Below are positions 1-22,546 of a stretch of DNA of 64,000 nucleotides, one piece after another. Below the pieces are notes generated by a model, which was given only the letters and a program-made list of their open reading frames with translations, made no database searches and was not told the origin of the DNA. This DNA comes from Eledone cirrhosa (taxonomy: Eukaryota). A program made the position numbers and the translations under genes. How positions within the stretch are numbered: the stretch's first letter is position 1; the number at the start of each line of letters is the position of its first letter. The stretch spans positions 39,246,001 to 39,310,000 of the forward strand of contig OZ024757.1 of assembly GCA_964016885.1 (NCBI GenBank), in the 5' to 3' direction.

Positions 1-256
1 GAATGAAAAAATCCTGGTCTGTTTATTGAATTTGGATTTTAAAAACAAAAATCAAAAGATTTTTGTTTTTAAAATCCAAATTCAATAAACAGACCAGGAT
101 TTTTTCATTCTGGGGATAGAAAGCAAATTTTTTGCTTTTAAGAAACCACTGGTAAATGGAATAATTGCCTTATGTTGTTTATTACATAACTATTAAGCTC
201 TGTTACCTACATAGAGCACTCTTTTTTCCTGGACTTTTCTGACGGAATTACTTCAT
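1..256 (+). mobile_element. Fold-back short element with degenerate hammerhead (Penelope-like, non-autonomous)
   Basis: Perfect hairpin 1-110. Core CTGGGGA (110-116), stem II AAAGCAAA/TTTGCTTT, GAAA-CC-ACT-GGTA, pairing stem I. The tail with ATAGAGCACT resembles 23461-23520 and ends at (TA)n. Confidence 0.6.
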
Positions 257-260
257 TTAG

Positions 261-291
261 ATATATATATATACAGAAATATATATATATA

Positions 292-329
<38 letters not shown>

Positions 330-584
330 GTTTGTGTGTGTATGTGTGTGTCCGCATATCTATATATGTTTGTGTGTATAGATATATATATGTGTGTTTG
401 TATTGCTGTATATATATATATTTGTGTATGTGTGTATGTATATATGTATACATTTGTTTGTGTGCATGTAAATATGTTTGTGTGTGTATATACATATATG
501 TTTGCCTGTGTGTATATACATATATGTTTGCCTGTGTGTATATACATATATGTTTGCCTGTGTGCATATACATATATGTTTGCG

Positions 585-630
<46 letters not shown>

Positions 631-800
631 TGTGTGTATGTATATGTGTGTGTGTGTGTGTGTATGTATATGTGTGTGTGTGTGTGTGTATGTATATGTA
701 TGTGTGTATGTGTATGTACATATATGTTTGCCTGTGTGCATATACGTATATGTTTGCCTGCGTGCATATTTATATATGTTTGTGTGTATACATATGTGCG
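261..800. repeat. Compound (TA)/(TG) microsatellite
   Basis: Dinucleotide runs with recurring tatgtttgcctgtgtg units. Confidence 0.95.
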
Positions 801-1021
801 TATCTTCATAAACATTTGCCGCCACACACAGACCGCCATTTAATAGAAAGAGAATGTTCCTCCATTGAAGATACTGTCAAACGGATCTCACATTGTGGCA
901 ACTCTATCAATGTTGATTCACCCGTAACTAATACGTTGACTACCTACAGTTAACACCCCTACCTTTCATAATGAGCTGGTCTGGTTATTGCCAAAAGCTT
1001 AGACCATTCATTTCTGATAAC

Positions 1022-1349
1022 CACCTCCTCTTCCTCCATATTCTTCTTCTTCTTTGCTTTCTACTTCTTCTTCTTTGCTTTCTACTTCTTCTTTGCTTTC
1101 TTCTTCTTCTTCGCTTTCTACATATTCTTTGCTTTCTTCCTCTTCTTCTTTGTTTTCTTATTATTATTATTTGCTTTCTACTTTTTCTTTGCTTTCTTCT
1201 TCTCTGCTTTCTTCTTCTTTGCTTTCTTTTACTTCTTTGCTTTCTTCTTCTTTTATTTCTTTGCTTTCTTCTTCTTTTACTTCTTTGCTTTCTTCTTCTA
1301 CTTTGCTTCCTTCCTCTTCTTCTTCTTCTTCTTCGTCTCCTCCTCCTTT
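1022..1349 (-). repeat. Degenerate (GAA)-rich satellite forming the tail of the adjacent RTE fragment
   Basis: Repeated ctttgctttcttcttctt units abutting the RTE 3' end at about 1350. Confidence 0.85.
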
Positions 1350-1545
1350 TTCGGCCACTTATTCCTGAGATGGTCGGGGAGGCAGAGTCTCCAAACAGTC
1401 CTTCCACCGGATCCTGTAAGAAGCAACCATATCCACCCTATCCGGCTGGATCCCATAATAGAGACCAGTCAAGCTCACGGATGTTAACAAACCATCCTGC
1501 TCGGAGTCTACCTCGGCGTCTACTCTTGGCTCCTCTCGGTTGGTA
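1350..1545 (-). mobile_element. RTE-clade (Expander-like) LINE 3' fragment
   Basis: The reverse complement matches 40750-40940, ending caggaataagtggccgaaaa plus a GAA tail. Confidence 0.8.
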
Positions 1546-2499
1546 GTATATAATGTAGGAAATGATATGTTTAAGAAGGCTAAGACAATGAGAAGTTCAT
1601 GGTAAAATAAATAAACAAAAAAGTTTGATTTTTTTTTTTGGGGGGGGGGGTATTTATTATCTTTCTATTTTTTTCTTACTAATATTTTGGACTTAAAGAC
1701 CCCTTCTCAAAGTTGGGGAACTTTCAGAGCAAAACGTTCCGGTCTTATCACTTTGAAATTTGATTTAAATTTATATGAAATATCCATAATATAATGTATA
1801 GAAATAAACACAGAAAAACGTACGTTTAAAATTACAAGGGCTGAAAAAATATAAATATTATATATATAAAATATACATATAAAGTTCTACAAATATATCA
1901 TAAAAGGCATATGTTGCACATATGTACACTTGTTTTTTCACACCCTTTCTCCCCATCTTACTGGCATGAAATTATATTGCTTAAGGCCTTTTTAACTGAA
2001 GTATGAAGTAATATGCAGTCAGAGGCATGGTTCGTTTCGTACATATATTTAATTGTACGCACTTCACGTTTAAATGTTAAATTTCTCATACTCTGGTGTT
2101 TAATTTCGTCTGCAGGCAATTTCTCACTTCTGTAAAACTAATGTTTTTAATTAATAGTAAATATTTTTTCTCCACCGAATGGTATTAATAGATTAATTTG
2201 CTGGGCATTTATTAAATATGAATCTGTATTTGAACATTTTTTTCTTTTCCGAGTTGTCTACTAATATATCAAATAAAGAAGAACGCTACCTTAGTCACAC
2301 CTGATTAAATTGCCCGTCTTCCGCAATAACGCATTAAGCAATTAACGTAGATTTTCTTCAAGGGAATATTCGTGATATTGCGTCATAAATCAATTATCTT
2401 TCTATCTCTATCTCAACCCGTTTGAGGTTGTGGTTTGTAAAGAGCTCTTCAAAACGAAACGCAAATGTATAAAATGCATTGCCATCATAAATTAAACAT

Positions 2500-2690
2500 G
2501 AGCGTTTGAGATCATTTTGTTACCATGTGGCAACCTAGTGCTGCCTGCGACTAACACAGGCTTTGTTGCACTTCGGGCTGGGGAGGGTAAACTCTGCAAA
2601 TATTGGTAGGTCTCCGATAGGTTTGCCGTCGAGCCCGGAGCAGTGGAGACTTCTCATGTCCCTAGGGCCATCTCCATACTCACCATTAAC
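2500..2690 (+). mobile_element. Degraded CRE-clade non-LTR retrotransposon fragment (restriction-like endonuclease region)
   Basis: Encodes AGEGKLCKYW*VSDRFAVEPGAVETS...PRAISILT and is homologous to the reverse complement of 30240-30355. Confidence 0.65.
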
Positions 2691-3734
2691 ATACCATGTA
2701 ATAATGAATTTATAAACTGTAAAGTTAATGACAGTAAATGGTTAAAGAAAAAAAGTACTTTTTCAATCCTGCGAAAACAGAATGGAATCCCATATCGTAG
2801 ACATGTTTTTGGCTTGCTTTAATGGTGCAAGAGAAGGAACCTTTTTTTTATGCTGCCAAAAAAAGCAACCAAGGGCCTGAAAAAGCCTACAAAAATGTGA
2901 ATTTCAAACTCAGACAATTTCTTTTGTTTTGTTAGCCTGTTTGTATCTGCGGAAGTTTATTCGTAAGTCGGATGTTCGTATGATAGGGACTTATTGTATA
3001 TCGTTATCGTTAAACCTTTACATTTATTTATTTATTAATTTTGTGTATATATTTCTTATTCTTTACATTCATCTTGTTTTCCTCCTAAATGCCAGGGAGT
3101 TGAACTACCTGCGTTCCTTTAAATTTATTTAATATCTGTGTATTTACTGAACTATGCAATTAACTGTACATTAATTTAATCTCAAGTTGATTTTTCTTTA
3201 GATGATAGCAAAACTTTTAACCTGCGTAACGAACTGCATTGTAGAACATATTTTCTTATTTAATTAGGCCTCTTCACAAACTACTCTTCGTTTAGCTACA
3301 CTACGTTTCTAAGACATTGCTCAGGTTCAATTTAACTAACACGATTCTTTAATTATCTTTCGTAATATGTCTTTATTTCAATTACTCAGCAGTCAACAAA
3401 TTTTAGAATATTTTCTTGACATCTAAATTTTCTTACCTCTCCTCAAATGGCTATTAACCTACCACACATTTTCATTATTTTAACTAAATTTTATCATTCA
3501 CCAAAATATGATTATCCTTTCTAACGTCAGATACGTCAGCGCATAATATAATTAGTTTAACGTTTAATGATCATTTCGCCCACATCATCAGAATTAAATG
3601 TTGTTCGTGTGCGTTGCGGTATGACAAGAATAATCATTAGAATATTACACCCTGGTTATATTAAAATAATTCAGTATTAACGTGATATTTGTAAACATCC
3701 TGTTACATATATTTATATAGAGCATGCATGGCTG

Positions 3735-3925
3735 GGTGGTGTTGGACCGGGGGACACAGCCCTTCTCACCACAGTCGGCACAGAGTTGGCTACGCGCAGG
3801 TGTGAGCCTCGCGAGCTGGGATGGCTTCTCATCTACTACCGTGTCTCCCTCACCATCCTCTGATGAAACGCCTTCTCTATTATTCTGTCCGCCGGGGCTC
3901 CTGGGTGGCCAGCGCGTGGGCCCCC
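3735..3925 (+). mobile_element. Degraded CRE-clade retrotransposon C-terminal fragment
   Basis: Encodes ALLTTVGTELATRRCEPRELGWLL...RVSLTIL**NAFSIILSA and is homologous to the reverse complement of 29730-29880. Confidence 0.7.
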
Positions 3926-3936
3926 ATTTTCTTATA

Positions 3937-4077
3937 ATAATTGTTTCTACATTTGGCACGAAGCCAGCAATAACACCAGTACATTACTGGTACTTTATTT
4001 TATCAACCCCATAAGGATGAAAGGCAAAGTTAACCTTGGCGGGATTTGAACTCAGTCCATAAAGGGACGTAACTCTA
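3937..4077 (-). mobile_element. tRNA-derived SINE family A, 5'-truncated
   Basis: B-box gagttcaaatcc, core gcctttcatcctta..gataaaataaagtaccag, tail gtagaaacaattat. Confidence 0.85.
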
Positions 4078-4160
4078 TAATGAATGAGGGTGAGAGATGT
4101 AGGTAGTGAGTGGTGAAAGAGAGAGAACATCAACATATGTTTACTTATTTATTTGTATTT

Positions 4161-4325
4161 CACCCTCTAAGCTTGCGCTGACCAGGCTTTAGCTAGCCGT
4201 AGGAGATTCTCAGAGACATATACACCCTAAAGCCGGGCATTGACCAAGGTTTAGCGGGCCGTAGGATATCCTCTGGGCCATATACACCCTAAAGCCGAGC
4301 ACAGACCAAGTTTTAGCTGGCTGTA
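4161..4325. repeat. 62-bp tandem repeat, about 2.7 copies
   Basis: caccct...gacca..ttagc units start at 4161, 4223 and 4285. Confidence 0.75.
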
Positions 4326-4906
4326 CTAACACAGAGGAGGAGTTGTAACTCTGAATTTGCATATCTGATTTCCTTTCGTATTGACGTTTCTTGTCGGTTG
4401 AGCATGCATTTATAGAAACATAACATATCTTGTGAATAACACTATAATATCAAATGAACACATCAAAAGTTACAGTAGAAGATGTCTCCAAATGGATATC
4501 AAACTGGTACAATGTTTGTTGGGAATGGATATAAAAATAACCTTCAATGACTGCGTCTCTCTTCTTTTAATTCTTCTTCTTTTTCACTGCCAATAATTCT
4601 GTGAGTAAATGGTATGGGAATTTTTTTCGTTTTTATTTTTTTATTTTTCGTTTTGTATTTTCCAATTAGACTCTGGTGTGTATCTTTTCTTACACTTTGA
4701 TGTAGATATTTTATTGTTCCTATTTCTTGTGTGTGTGTTTTTTTTGTTTTTTTTCTTCAATTTTTGCAACAAAACAAATCTATAAGCATCTAGGTTGCGA
4801 CAATTTCTCATGTCATCTTGCGTTAATTGCAGGGGCTTTCGTTTATAGTATGAAGAAACCATAAATTAATGCCATTTTTTTCTTGTATTTTTTTTGTTTT
4901 TTCGTT

Positions 4907-4938
<32 letters not shown>

Positions 4939-5580
4939 GGCAGGTTGTGGGAGAGAGGGGGCTTTCTAATTCTTTTCTTAACTGACATTGTTTTTGACAT
5001 TTTCATTTGCATTTTTCAAAATCATTAAGCCTTATTATATTTTCCATTTTGTAGTTATTTTTATTTTTATTTGGTTATGTTTTATCATTTTTATTTTATG
5101 GTTTCTGCATTGGACATTCATTTTAACTTCACGAGTTATTAACAGCATTTATACCGTTTTAATGTACTTCTTGTAACAAACAAGCAAGACTGATATCAAA
5201 AAAGAAAAGATGAATTAATAAATAAAACGTACAAGAAAGACCAAACGCAAATAATATCAAAGAGGACAGATCTCTAGTTATAGTAATTAAAGGCCGTTTA
5301 TTTCACTTGTCAATTTATCAAAACGAAAGCTTCTATCATTTACCATTATCCAATGTGAAAGTAGATTCCCAAGGCTGTATGTTCATTATCGCACGTCTTA
5401 CAATCAAGATGTTTATATCGAGGCATTTTTATATGACACTACATCGTAATGCTTACACACCAGGAAGGTCGCCATCATTACACAGACAGACACAGCGACC
5501 GATACAGTACACAGTCAATCACTCATTTACGCAAAATCACAGAAACAATCACCTACTCATTAAAATTTACAGCAAACACG

Positions 5581-10870
<5,290 letters not shown>

Positions 10871-11258
10871 CACATAAGGATACATGTATGTATTTTAGTT
10901 CATACAAACTACATTTGAAATATAGGGCTGAGAGAAATTATAGATAACTATTCCTAGCAACATAAAAGTGCATGAATATTTCATTATGTCACATGTATTT
11001 TCACGTGTGTATATCTATCTGCCTATCCCTTTATCAATATTTTCAACCCTCTGTCTGTTTGTCTATCTATCTAGCTATCTATATCTCTTTCTCTCTACCA
11101 ATATTTCTAACTATCTGTCTGTCTATTTATTTATCTATATATCTATCTGTCTGTCTATCTATATATCTAACTATCTACCTATCTATATATCTAACTATCT
11201 ACCTATCAGTTTGTCAGTCTCTCTGTCTATATATCTATGCCTGTCTCTGTCAAGCTAG

Positions 11259-11308
<50 letters not shown>

Positions 11309-11384
11309 TCCGCTGAAAATTGAAAAAGTCATAGGAGTGAAGAGTGCTCTATGTAAGTTACAGAGCTATATTTAATGTATAATA

Positions 11385-11420
<36 letters not shown>

Positions 11421-11558
11421 ATGTGAGTGTGTTTTATCAAATCCAAAACGGGTCAAATCGGAACCAAATGAATCCGATGATCATTTACCCGTCCGGAACA
11501 TTAAGGTTGGAACCCCAGAACTCTCTCCCTCTCGTTCTCTGTATATATATATATATAT

Positions 11559-11710
11559 CTAGGGCGGGTAAAATTCCCGACATCCATGGACAAGTTCTCT
11601 CCAGCGGTCTCTGTCCCTCATCATCGCTGCGATGTCCTGCGTCTCCAAGAGACCAGTCTGTACTTATGGCATCAGCATATATCAACCTCGGTCTCCCACT
11701 TCTAGGGTGT
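11559..11710 (-). mobile_element. RTE-clade LINE family B, 3' end
   Basis: Encodes ..PRSGRPRLIYADA...DAG.... Same 3' terminus as 23893 and 49273, abutting (TA)n. Confidence 0.8.
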
Positions 11711-11807
11711 GTGTATACATAAGTGTATATATACACTTGCTTTTCACATCTGCATAAACTGCTTGGTTTTTTTTCTGTCAGTGTAAATGAACAATTTTAA
11801 AAGCGAT

Positions 11808-11886
<79 letters not shown>

Positions 11887-12264
11887 CGAAATGCCAGCCT
11901 GTATGATAAACCTCAATTTACAATCTCTCCAAATGGACCAGCTGAACATATCAATCAAACGAACAAACAAAAGTAAGACCACACAAGAAATTTAATTGTA
12001 AATTTACTGTCTTGGCCAAGAATAAAATGGATGACATGAAACACATCAATAATAGAACGGTGTTTTAAATATTTCAGCTAAGCTGCCGCACTTGGTGACG
12101 TCACCAGCAATCGGTGTTCATTAAATATGCATGTGTTCATACAAAAGCGAATCCAAGTTTACACACTATACAACGTTGTATGTATGTATATATGGATATG
12201 TATGTATATATGGATATGTATGTATATATATATATATGTATGTATATATGTATGTACATATATA

Positions 12265-12848
12265 TGTCAGGTCACCAGTTGTTGCTACTGGTAACATGTA
12301 TCCCAGTACAACCTGTCTCATGGTCGGGTCGTTGGCGACTAAACTGGCAACCCCACCAAGGTTTCTTGGTGAGGAGGGTGACATTGGACATCCTGCAGGA
12401 CTAAAAACAAAACCTGTCAAAGGGCAAAGGAGCTCTTAAGAGTCAATGGCCAACCAAAATCACCTTTGTCAAGGCAGAATTCTAGGAGAAGGAAAACTCT
12501 GATATAACACCTGCAACCCTGATGGTATCCAATGATGTTGACTTGTTCTTTTTGGTAAATATCATCTTGGTTAAGAGAGTGGGACTGGCTTTGTGCCGTG
12601 CCTTTGCTCACTATAAAAGTTTCACGGCACAGGCATTGCTTTATATCTGGAGATCTCTCTGCACTTGTCGTCACATGGTACCATGGGCCCAGCACTATGT
12701 GTCAATAATTGTCACAAGTGTAGTGTTTGTACCAGAGTTTTCAAGTCGCTGGCTGGACTAAAATGTCACACTCGTTCAGCGCATCGGTAGGGGTTCTTCT
12801 ACATGGATATAAAGTAGTGGCCGTACTCGAAAACGAGTTGGCAGCCAC

Positions 12849-12850
<2 letters not shown>
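12265..12850 (+). mobile_element. Unclassified ~590-600 bp interspersed element, copy 1
   Basis: Near-identical to 36990-37599 and to the reverse complement of 53491-54096, with the same termini and TA/TG microsatellite flanks. Strand is arbitrary. Confidence 0.85.
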
Positions 12851-12913
<63 letters not shown>

Positions 12914-13479
12914 ATGTATGTATATATATAAGAGAAGAAAAGTCATAAATTTCAAATTATTAAGATGAGTATGTCAAAGTTTATAAAACACACTTCATAT
13001 TTTATCTGATAATAGCGTACCGAAGTGTTGGTACCCTTGAAATATATATAATATACACACACACACCCAATCACATAGATAAAGACAATCGTACGCATAG
13101 ACTCCCGCTATACCCACACATTAAGGAGAACATATAAACATACGCATACATTCATCCAGAAAGGCACGTACATACACAGACACATGCCTACAAGCCTATA
13201 TACATCACCATGCTCATACACATGCATACGCGTATGTATACACGTACACACAAACACATATACATAGACCCCCCCCCCCAATCCACCCACGCACACACAT
13301 ATACACACACGTACCCACATATACACACGCACAGATACACACTCGCTCGCAAACACGCATATATATATACACACAAACAAGCCCTTTCCCTACAGGGGTG
13401 CTTGTACATACTCACACACACACACTGGCCCATGTACACTCTCACAAATATGCGCATATTTCCATACACACCAACGCAC

Positions 13480-13523
<44 letters not shown>

Positions 13524-13614
13524 AGAATATACACACAGTCATATAAAGATACACAATGGGTCGTACATGAAAGGATGCATCTTGTTATAAACATGTACAC
13601 TTAAATACAAACAT

Positions 13615-13649
<35 letters not shown>

Positions 13650-13853
13650 CGTATATACATATATAATTTAAAAAAATATAAAATATATGAACAATATACT
13701 CATAACGGCACATAGCGATACACAGTGTGATATACATGAAATCGTGCGCCCAGTTGTATGTCTACAGAGATGTTACGTTGCGAACATGGATCAATGCACG
13801 TATGGAATCTTCACGCAAAGCCAGATAATGGGCGTTTGGTTGGAAACAATTTA

Positions 13854-13903
<50 letters not shown>

Positions 13904-14015
13904 TTATTTATTATTAAACTTTAATCTGTTATTTTAATAAATATTTGCTCTACGATTTTTATATATATTTATATATATATATTATCCTTATTATTCTTCA
14001 CATTTATTATTATTA

Positions 14016-14058
<43 letters not shown>

Positions 14059-14554
14059 GTGTGTGTGTGTAATTTTGTGGTATTTCTACTTTATGGAAGA
14101 CATGAATGTCACGTCACAATTATATTATAACTACTTTTTATTTTTTGCTTGAAATTTGTTTTTCTGCTTCGTTTGTTGTAAGAAATATTTGCAATCGTAT
14201 AAAACGTGAAATATTTAAGGCAGTCATACTGGTATTTAAATTTAGAGTGTGATGTTAAGAGAGTTGAGAAGCTAAGTGTGAAATGCGAAACAATAAAGAG
14301 CAGGTGGCGATTCATAGAAGCAAACACTTTACCAGCAGTCTAAGCATACTGATTATAACACCTCTTATTACCACACCTCGTTACATATATATGCACTCAG
14401 AACATTCAACTATCAAACTGATTACTAGGTATACGTTTTATATAGAGATGTTTAACAGTAACATTAAATCGTGTTCTCTATAGTAACATTTATGGTGGTA
14501 CGTGTATAATATGTACAGTAAATACAAGTTAATATGTTATTAAGTGTTGAATGA

Positions 14555-15185
14555 GCCATTCCAGCTCGCGAGACTCACACCTGCGGGCAGTGCTGGATTT
14601 ACCATGGTGTTTAAGTGTGCTCAATCATAGTACCCCGTTGGCCAAGGGTGGAGGTTCAGGAGACGCATCTTCCCTGCCAAAATAATATTTTTACGATGAA
14701 TTTTTCAAGTCTTAAGGGGCCTCATAACTTAACTAGCGCAGAGCCTCATTTGTCCTAAATCCGACACTACCAGCAAGTAGCCAACCCCGTGCCGATAGTA
14801 GTGAGTAGGGCGGTGGTCCTAGGGTCAAGGACACCAGAAGTCTCTACTGCTACGAGGTGCCGATAGTCGTGAGTAGGGAGGTAGTCCTAGGGTCAAGGAC
14901 ACTAGAAGTCTACTGCTACGAGGTGCCTGCCGATAGTCGTGAGTAGGGAGGTCATTCTATGGTCAAGGACACCAGAAGTCTCCAATGCTACGGGGTGCCG
15001 ATGGTGGTGAGTAGGGAGGTGGTCCTAGGGCCAAGGACATCAGAAATCTCCACTCCTACGGTGTGCCGGCGGTGATGAGTAGGGAGGTCGTTCTAGGGTC
15101 AAGGACATCAGAAGTCTCCACTCCTACGGGGTACTGGTAGTGATGAGTAGGGAGGTGGTCTTAGGACCAAGGACACCAGACGACT
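14555..15185 (-). mobile_element. CRE-clade fragment with 68-bp tandem array (14791-15180, about 6 copies)
   Basis: The unit gtgagtagggaggt..cctaggg.caaggacaccagaagtctccact reads VETSGVLDPRTTSLLT on the minus strand. 14555-14585 matches 29787-29820. Confidence 0.7.
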
Positions 15186-15671
15186 TCACAGCTATATGCT
15201 GTAATTTCCAAGATTTGCCAAATTTTTCTACATTCAACACAGACGTTTCAATAATTGATTGTATCAATAAGATTGTATTAAGATACGTTTTTGTTTCGTA
15301 AATCTAAAGAATACTTTAAAAGTTATCTTCCTTTAATTTAATACTTTGCCCAGACACAGAAGAATTCTACCGTTAAGATTAAGAGAAATTAATATGAAAG
15401 ATGAATTGATTTTCATATTTTGTACACTTTTGTTTGTATACTTTTGTTTGTTGAATGCCATAGTGTTTATATTAACTTTATATTAAGTTGATTGTATAGC
15501 ACAAATTGGCTGGCCTGTTGATGTGTTTGTTTTTATTAAATCATATATATATATATATATATAAATAATGTGTATATTTATATGTGTATCGATATATATA
15601 TATATATATATATACATATTTATATGTGTATCGATATATATATTTATATATATATATATATTTATATGTGT

Positions 15672-15725
<54 letters not shown>

Positions 15726-16493
15726 CGTTACTGAATTTGTTTAGCAAGATTCTTTATCTGAAATCGTGTGTTGAAACCGATATTGTTATACTTTGGGAAC
15801 TGGTGCGTGTGTTTCTTATTGGCAACATGACCCTCCCAAAGTATAACTATATATATATATATATATACATATATTTATATGTGTATCGATATATATATAT
15901 ATACATATATTTATATGTGTATCGATATATATATATATGTGTATCGATATATATATTTATATATATATATATATATTTATATGTGTATCGATATATATAT
16001 TTATATATATATGTATACACTTCGAACTCAATGACCAAAGTAATAGACTTGACCATGCTGATTTCTCAATGACATGACCATAAATTCTCTACTGTGTCCC
16101 GAATATTGATTTAGAGTTCAAGCTAATTTTATTTCATTATTCTAGATTTAAAGTAGACCTCAATGATTGCTTTGAACGTTCCCCCATAATTTCATATTCC
16201 TCGCGGAGAAAATAGGTGTGATTTTTGTGGGCTATTGTTTAAAACTACCCAACGCTATGTCAATATTTGGCACCGTTTCATCAGTGCTCAGCAAAATCTA
16301 TGGTTTAATACAATGATCATTTCAACATGTAAGTAGCTTAGCGAAGGACGTAGGCGAAGAGAACGTAAAAATATATTTGGCTTCCAAACATCATATAAAT
16401 TGAAATTTATCTAAAACGTATTCAACTATGTGTTAAATATAGGAGGGTATAAATATTGACATTAAGACACGCGCTTACACACACAGCTACACA

Positions 16494-16543
<50 letters not shown>

Positions 16544-16682
16544 TACACACAAGCTGTAAAAACAAGACATTTCGATGTGTCTACTTTGATGAATATAACT
16601 ATCAAAGTTTTCACAGCTCTGACATTAATTTACATGATTATTGAGGAAGAAGGTTTAACATCTCAGATATATTTTTGAAAGA

Positions 16683-16900
16683 ATGGTTTCTAATTTAGGC
16701 ACAAGGCCAGCAATTTCTACTGAAGGGAAAGTTTATTAAACTGAACCTCCCCCGCCTCGTACATAGATGGTTCTATAATTTATCGACCTCAGAATGGTGG
16801 AGGGAAAATTTAACCTCGGTCGGATTTGAACTTAGAACATAGATGTTCGTAACTAAATGATGCCAAAGCATTCTGTCCGACCTTCAAATGTTTCTGACAA
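16683..16900 (-). mobile_element. Diverged SINE family A
   Basis: Remnants aggcacaaggccagcaatt, tatcgacc and aacctcgg..ggatttgaact. Confidence 0.65.
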
Positions 16901-17108
16901 TCCTCATAATATTATGAAGAGGTGAAATAGAAGTCTAAAACTGCTCAAACCCTTCATTATGGGAGGTTATGGCAGTGGAAGTTTGGTTCCTCTGTGTTCG
17001 GACCTGGAGTACATGTGTGTGCAATTTCACTCTGACTTGTTAATAATAAAAATGTCTGTTCTGTATTGTGTAAGTGATATCACGTTTGATCTTCTCTCAT
17101 TGTTACAG

Positions 17109-17284
17109 GCCTGCTCCGGTTACAGCGTGTCATTAAGGCTCCGCTTGGTCACGACGCCCACATCTCAATCCGCCAAGTTGATGAGAGAAACATGAGACAG
17201 GTCTTGCGTGAAGCAAAAGACAGTAAATGGAAGAATTTCATAATAGATCTATCAGTGGAAAAGTCAGCAATGTTTCTCAGAATG
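17109..17284 (+). CDS. GRIK: Kainate-type ionotropic glutamate receptor, amino-terminal domain exon (first visible, starts in phase 1)
   Basis: Acceptor ttacag, donor gtaaat. Encodes (G)LLRLQRVIKAPLGHDAHISIRQVDERNMRQVLREAKDSKWKNFIIDLSVEKSAMFLRM, resembling the GLIRLQELIKAP...IRQL segment of kainate receptors. The symbol is family level only. Confidence 0.9.
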
Positions 17285-18905
17285 GTAAATATTGCACATT
17301 CCTAACTACTTTCTTAACAGAGTTTATCATGCAATCTTTAATGCAAAATGGATATGTGGTACCACGGCTTCAGAAATTATTATATTTGTATTACTACTGA
17401 AGTTATAATATCAAAATATACACATTCATGGATAGATAGATACAGGTTTATATACCTAAATATATGCATACACACATACATATATTTATATATATATATA
17501 CAGGTAGATATACACATTAGATATACACATAACATATATATATATACACGTATACACATTAATATCTATATTCATATACATAGACATAATTAGACACACA
17601 CCTATATATATATATATACACATATACGGTTACACACACACACATATATATATATATACAAACGCATACATGCATATAGATACATATACATAAACACGTT
17701 TACGTACAAACATACAAACTCATACAAACACACACATACATATATACACATACACACACATAAAAAATGTTTTATGGTAATTCATGTTTCTGTTTTAAGA
17801 CACGACAAAAATACATTCAGAAATATTTCGCTATGAAATTACCAGTAAAATACTCCATCACATCATCTGAACTTATAACATAGCATACAAATGATTTATC
17901 AGAGTTACGTCATAATCAATACTTATTTTATTATTTATATTTTCACTTATTTTCTTCACATAATATTTGTAGGCGTTGTGATGGATAGCGGTGTTACGCC
18001 AATAATACAGTATACACTGCTATTTCAGATGATTTAATATCTTTCACGAAATGATCTTGGTTCCAAATTTAATTCAGTCTAGCCCAACATTAGCTTTCAT
18101 CTGAGTATGGATCGATAAACGCATAAAATATAATAAGGTCCGTTCTGTAAAAGAATATAATATCCCAGACAAATTTTGGCCTTTTTTTTCTTTCTTCAGT
18201 GAAATTTCTCTTTGACGGATATTTTAAAACATCACTCAAGAGCCAGCAACGTTACTAGTTTTCTCGATAAATATTGCTGGACTTACACATCATAGTGATG
18301 TGCATTGGTGCAGATGTTCATGCTCTTTGACCCCCAGAAAAAAGGATGGGAAGAGACAAGGCAAGAGTATGCTTGTTAAGTTTAGTGTTTCCACACTGGC
18401 CAAGTGAACCTCAACAATTCGTCTTTCCTGTCAGAAGCCATAATCCTCGCCCAGCTCATCCATTTCCCAACATAACTCAGACGCGCTTTTCCTTCCATCC
18501 AAGGGTGTTGGATTACTTGAAATTCTATACATGCCTAAAACTTGCCAAAAAAAAACTAAACTTTGTGTTAGAAGGCTTTCAAAATCCATGCTCATACATC
18601 CTCTCTCTTAACCAAACTAAAATATTTTTGGTATTTTTGAAAGAAAACGACTCGACTATGATTTATATGAAACACTGGAATTTACTTTTATAAATAATGG
18701 AAATACAAAAGCCAACAGTGAAAAAATCGGATAAATATCTTCGACAACTTGGAAATCCTGATAAGATGAATGAATGTACCATACAAACGCTACTTTCTGC
18801 GCGTAATATTACGTATTTGAATACACAGAAAACCCTTTAATTTTACATATCAAAGTTAGCTTAACGCAAGTAATTGGAATTGAAGATTTATACATACAAA
18901 CATGT

Positions 18906-19045
18906 GAAGGCACATGGTTTAGTGTTAAGAGCATTGGGCTTGCAATCGAAATGTTGTGAGTTCAATTCTCGGACTGGGTGATGTGTTGTTTCCTTGAGAA
19001 AGACACTTTATTTCACGTTGCTCCAGTTTACTCAGTTGTAGAAAT
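18906..19045 (+). mobile_element. tRNA-derived SINE family B (CORE/V-SINE-like tccttgagcaagacactt segment)
   Basis: A-box-like tggtttagtg and B-box-like gagttcaattc, followed by ccttgag.aagacactttatttcacgtt. Related copies at 34277-34395 (+) and 35975-36175 (-). Confidence 0.7.
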
Positions 19046-19354
19046 TAGATGATAAGACTGGGGTCCCTATCATTAAATTAACCAAGACACCTCCAATGAG
19101 ATATATCTTGGAGGAGGCCAGCTAAACCTATATAGGTGTGAGCTGTAACAACAACAACAACAAACCAACATTAAATTTAAAAAATCTAACTATACTAAAC
19201 CAAAATCCCCAAATGAGGCCACAAATAAGGTGCTACGGTCGTCGCTGGTGGGTCTCTTATTAAATCCGGCCCCGTGTGTGTTGGAGGGTTAAATAAGTTA
19301 ATAATTCGGGTATTTATTTTGAGCTGAGTTTAACTTAGGGTTACATTTGATTTC

Positions 19355-22380
<3,026 letters not shown>

Positions 22381-22492
22381 TTATGTCGATAGAATGATTT
22401 GATAAGATATATACACCATTTCCTCTCCCAATCAGCATAATCAAACACATATGTATATATATTGATATATTGATATATTTGATATATTTCAG

Positions 22493-22546
22493 GCTTTACA
22501 AGAAGGAATGGTAGATCCATACCATCATTATATTTTAACAACATTG
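22493..22546 (+). CDS. GRIK: Kainate-type iGluR, 54-nt exon
   Basis: Acceptor tttcag, donor gtgagt. Encodes [18 protein letters not shown] (cf. ALAMGMMTEYYHYIFTTL) and is in frame with both neighbouring exons. Confidence 0.9.

Noticed and set aside
985-1407. Arg/Lys-rich protamine-like ORF
   Set aside because: It is the GAA-rich tail of an RTE fragment, and its start lies within the LINE 3' end.
12270-12420. Complete HDV-like ribozyme
   Set aside because: The order of helices is suggestive, but the L3 consensus and P1.1 could not be assigned, so it is kept only as a weak candidate.
12417-12948. Recurrent ORFs (MLGPWYH.., MVSNDVD..) in the 600-bp element
   Set aside because: They recur only because the repeat is young, indels differ between copies, and there is no recognisable domain.
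18346-18693. 115-aa non-repetitive ORF as additional exon
   Set aside because: No iGluR similarity, and the flanking exons already join without a gap.
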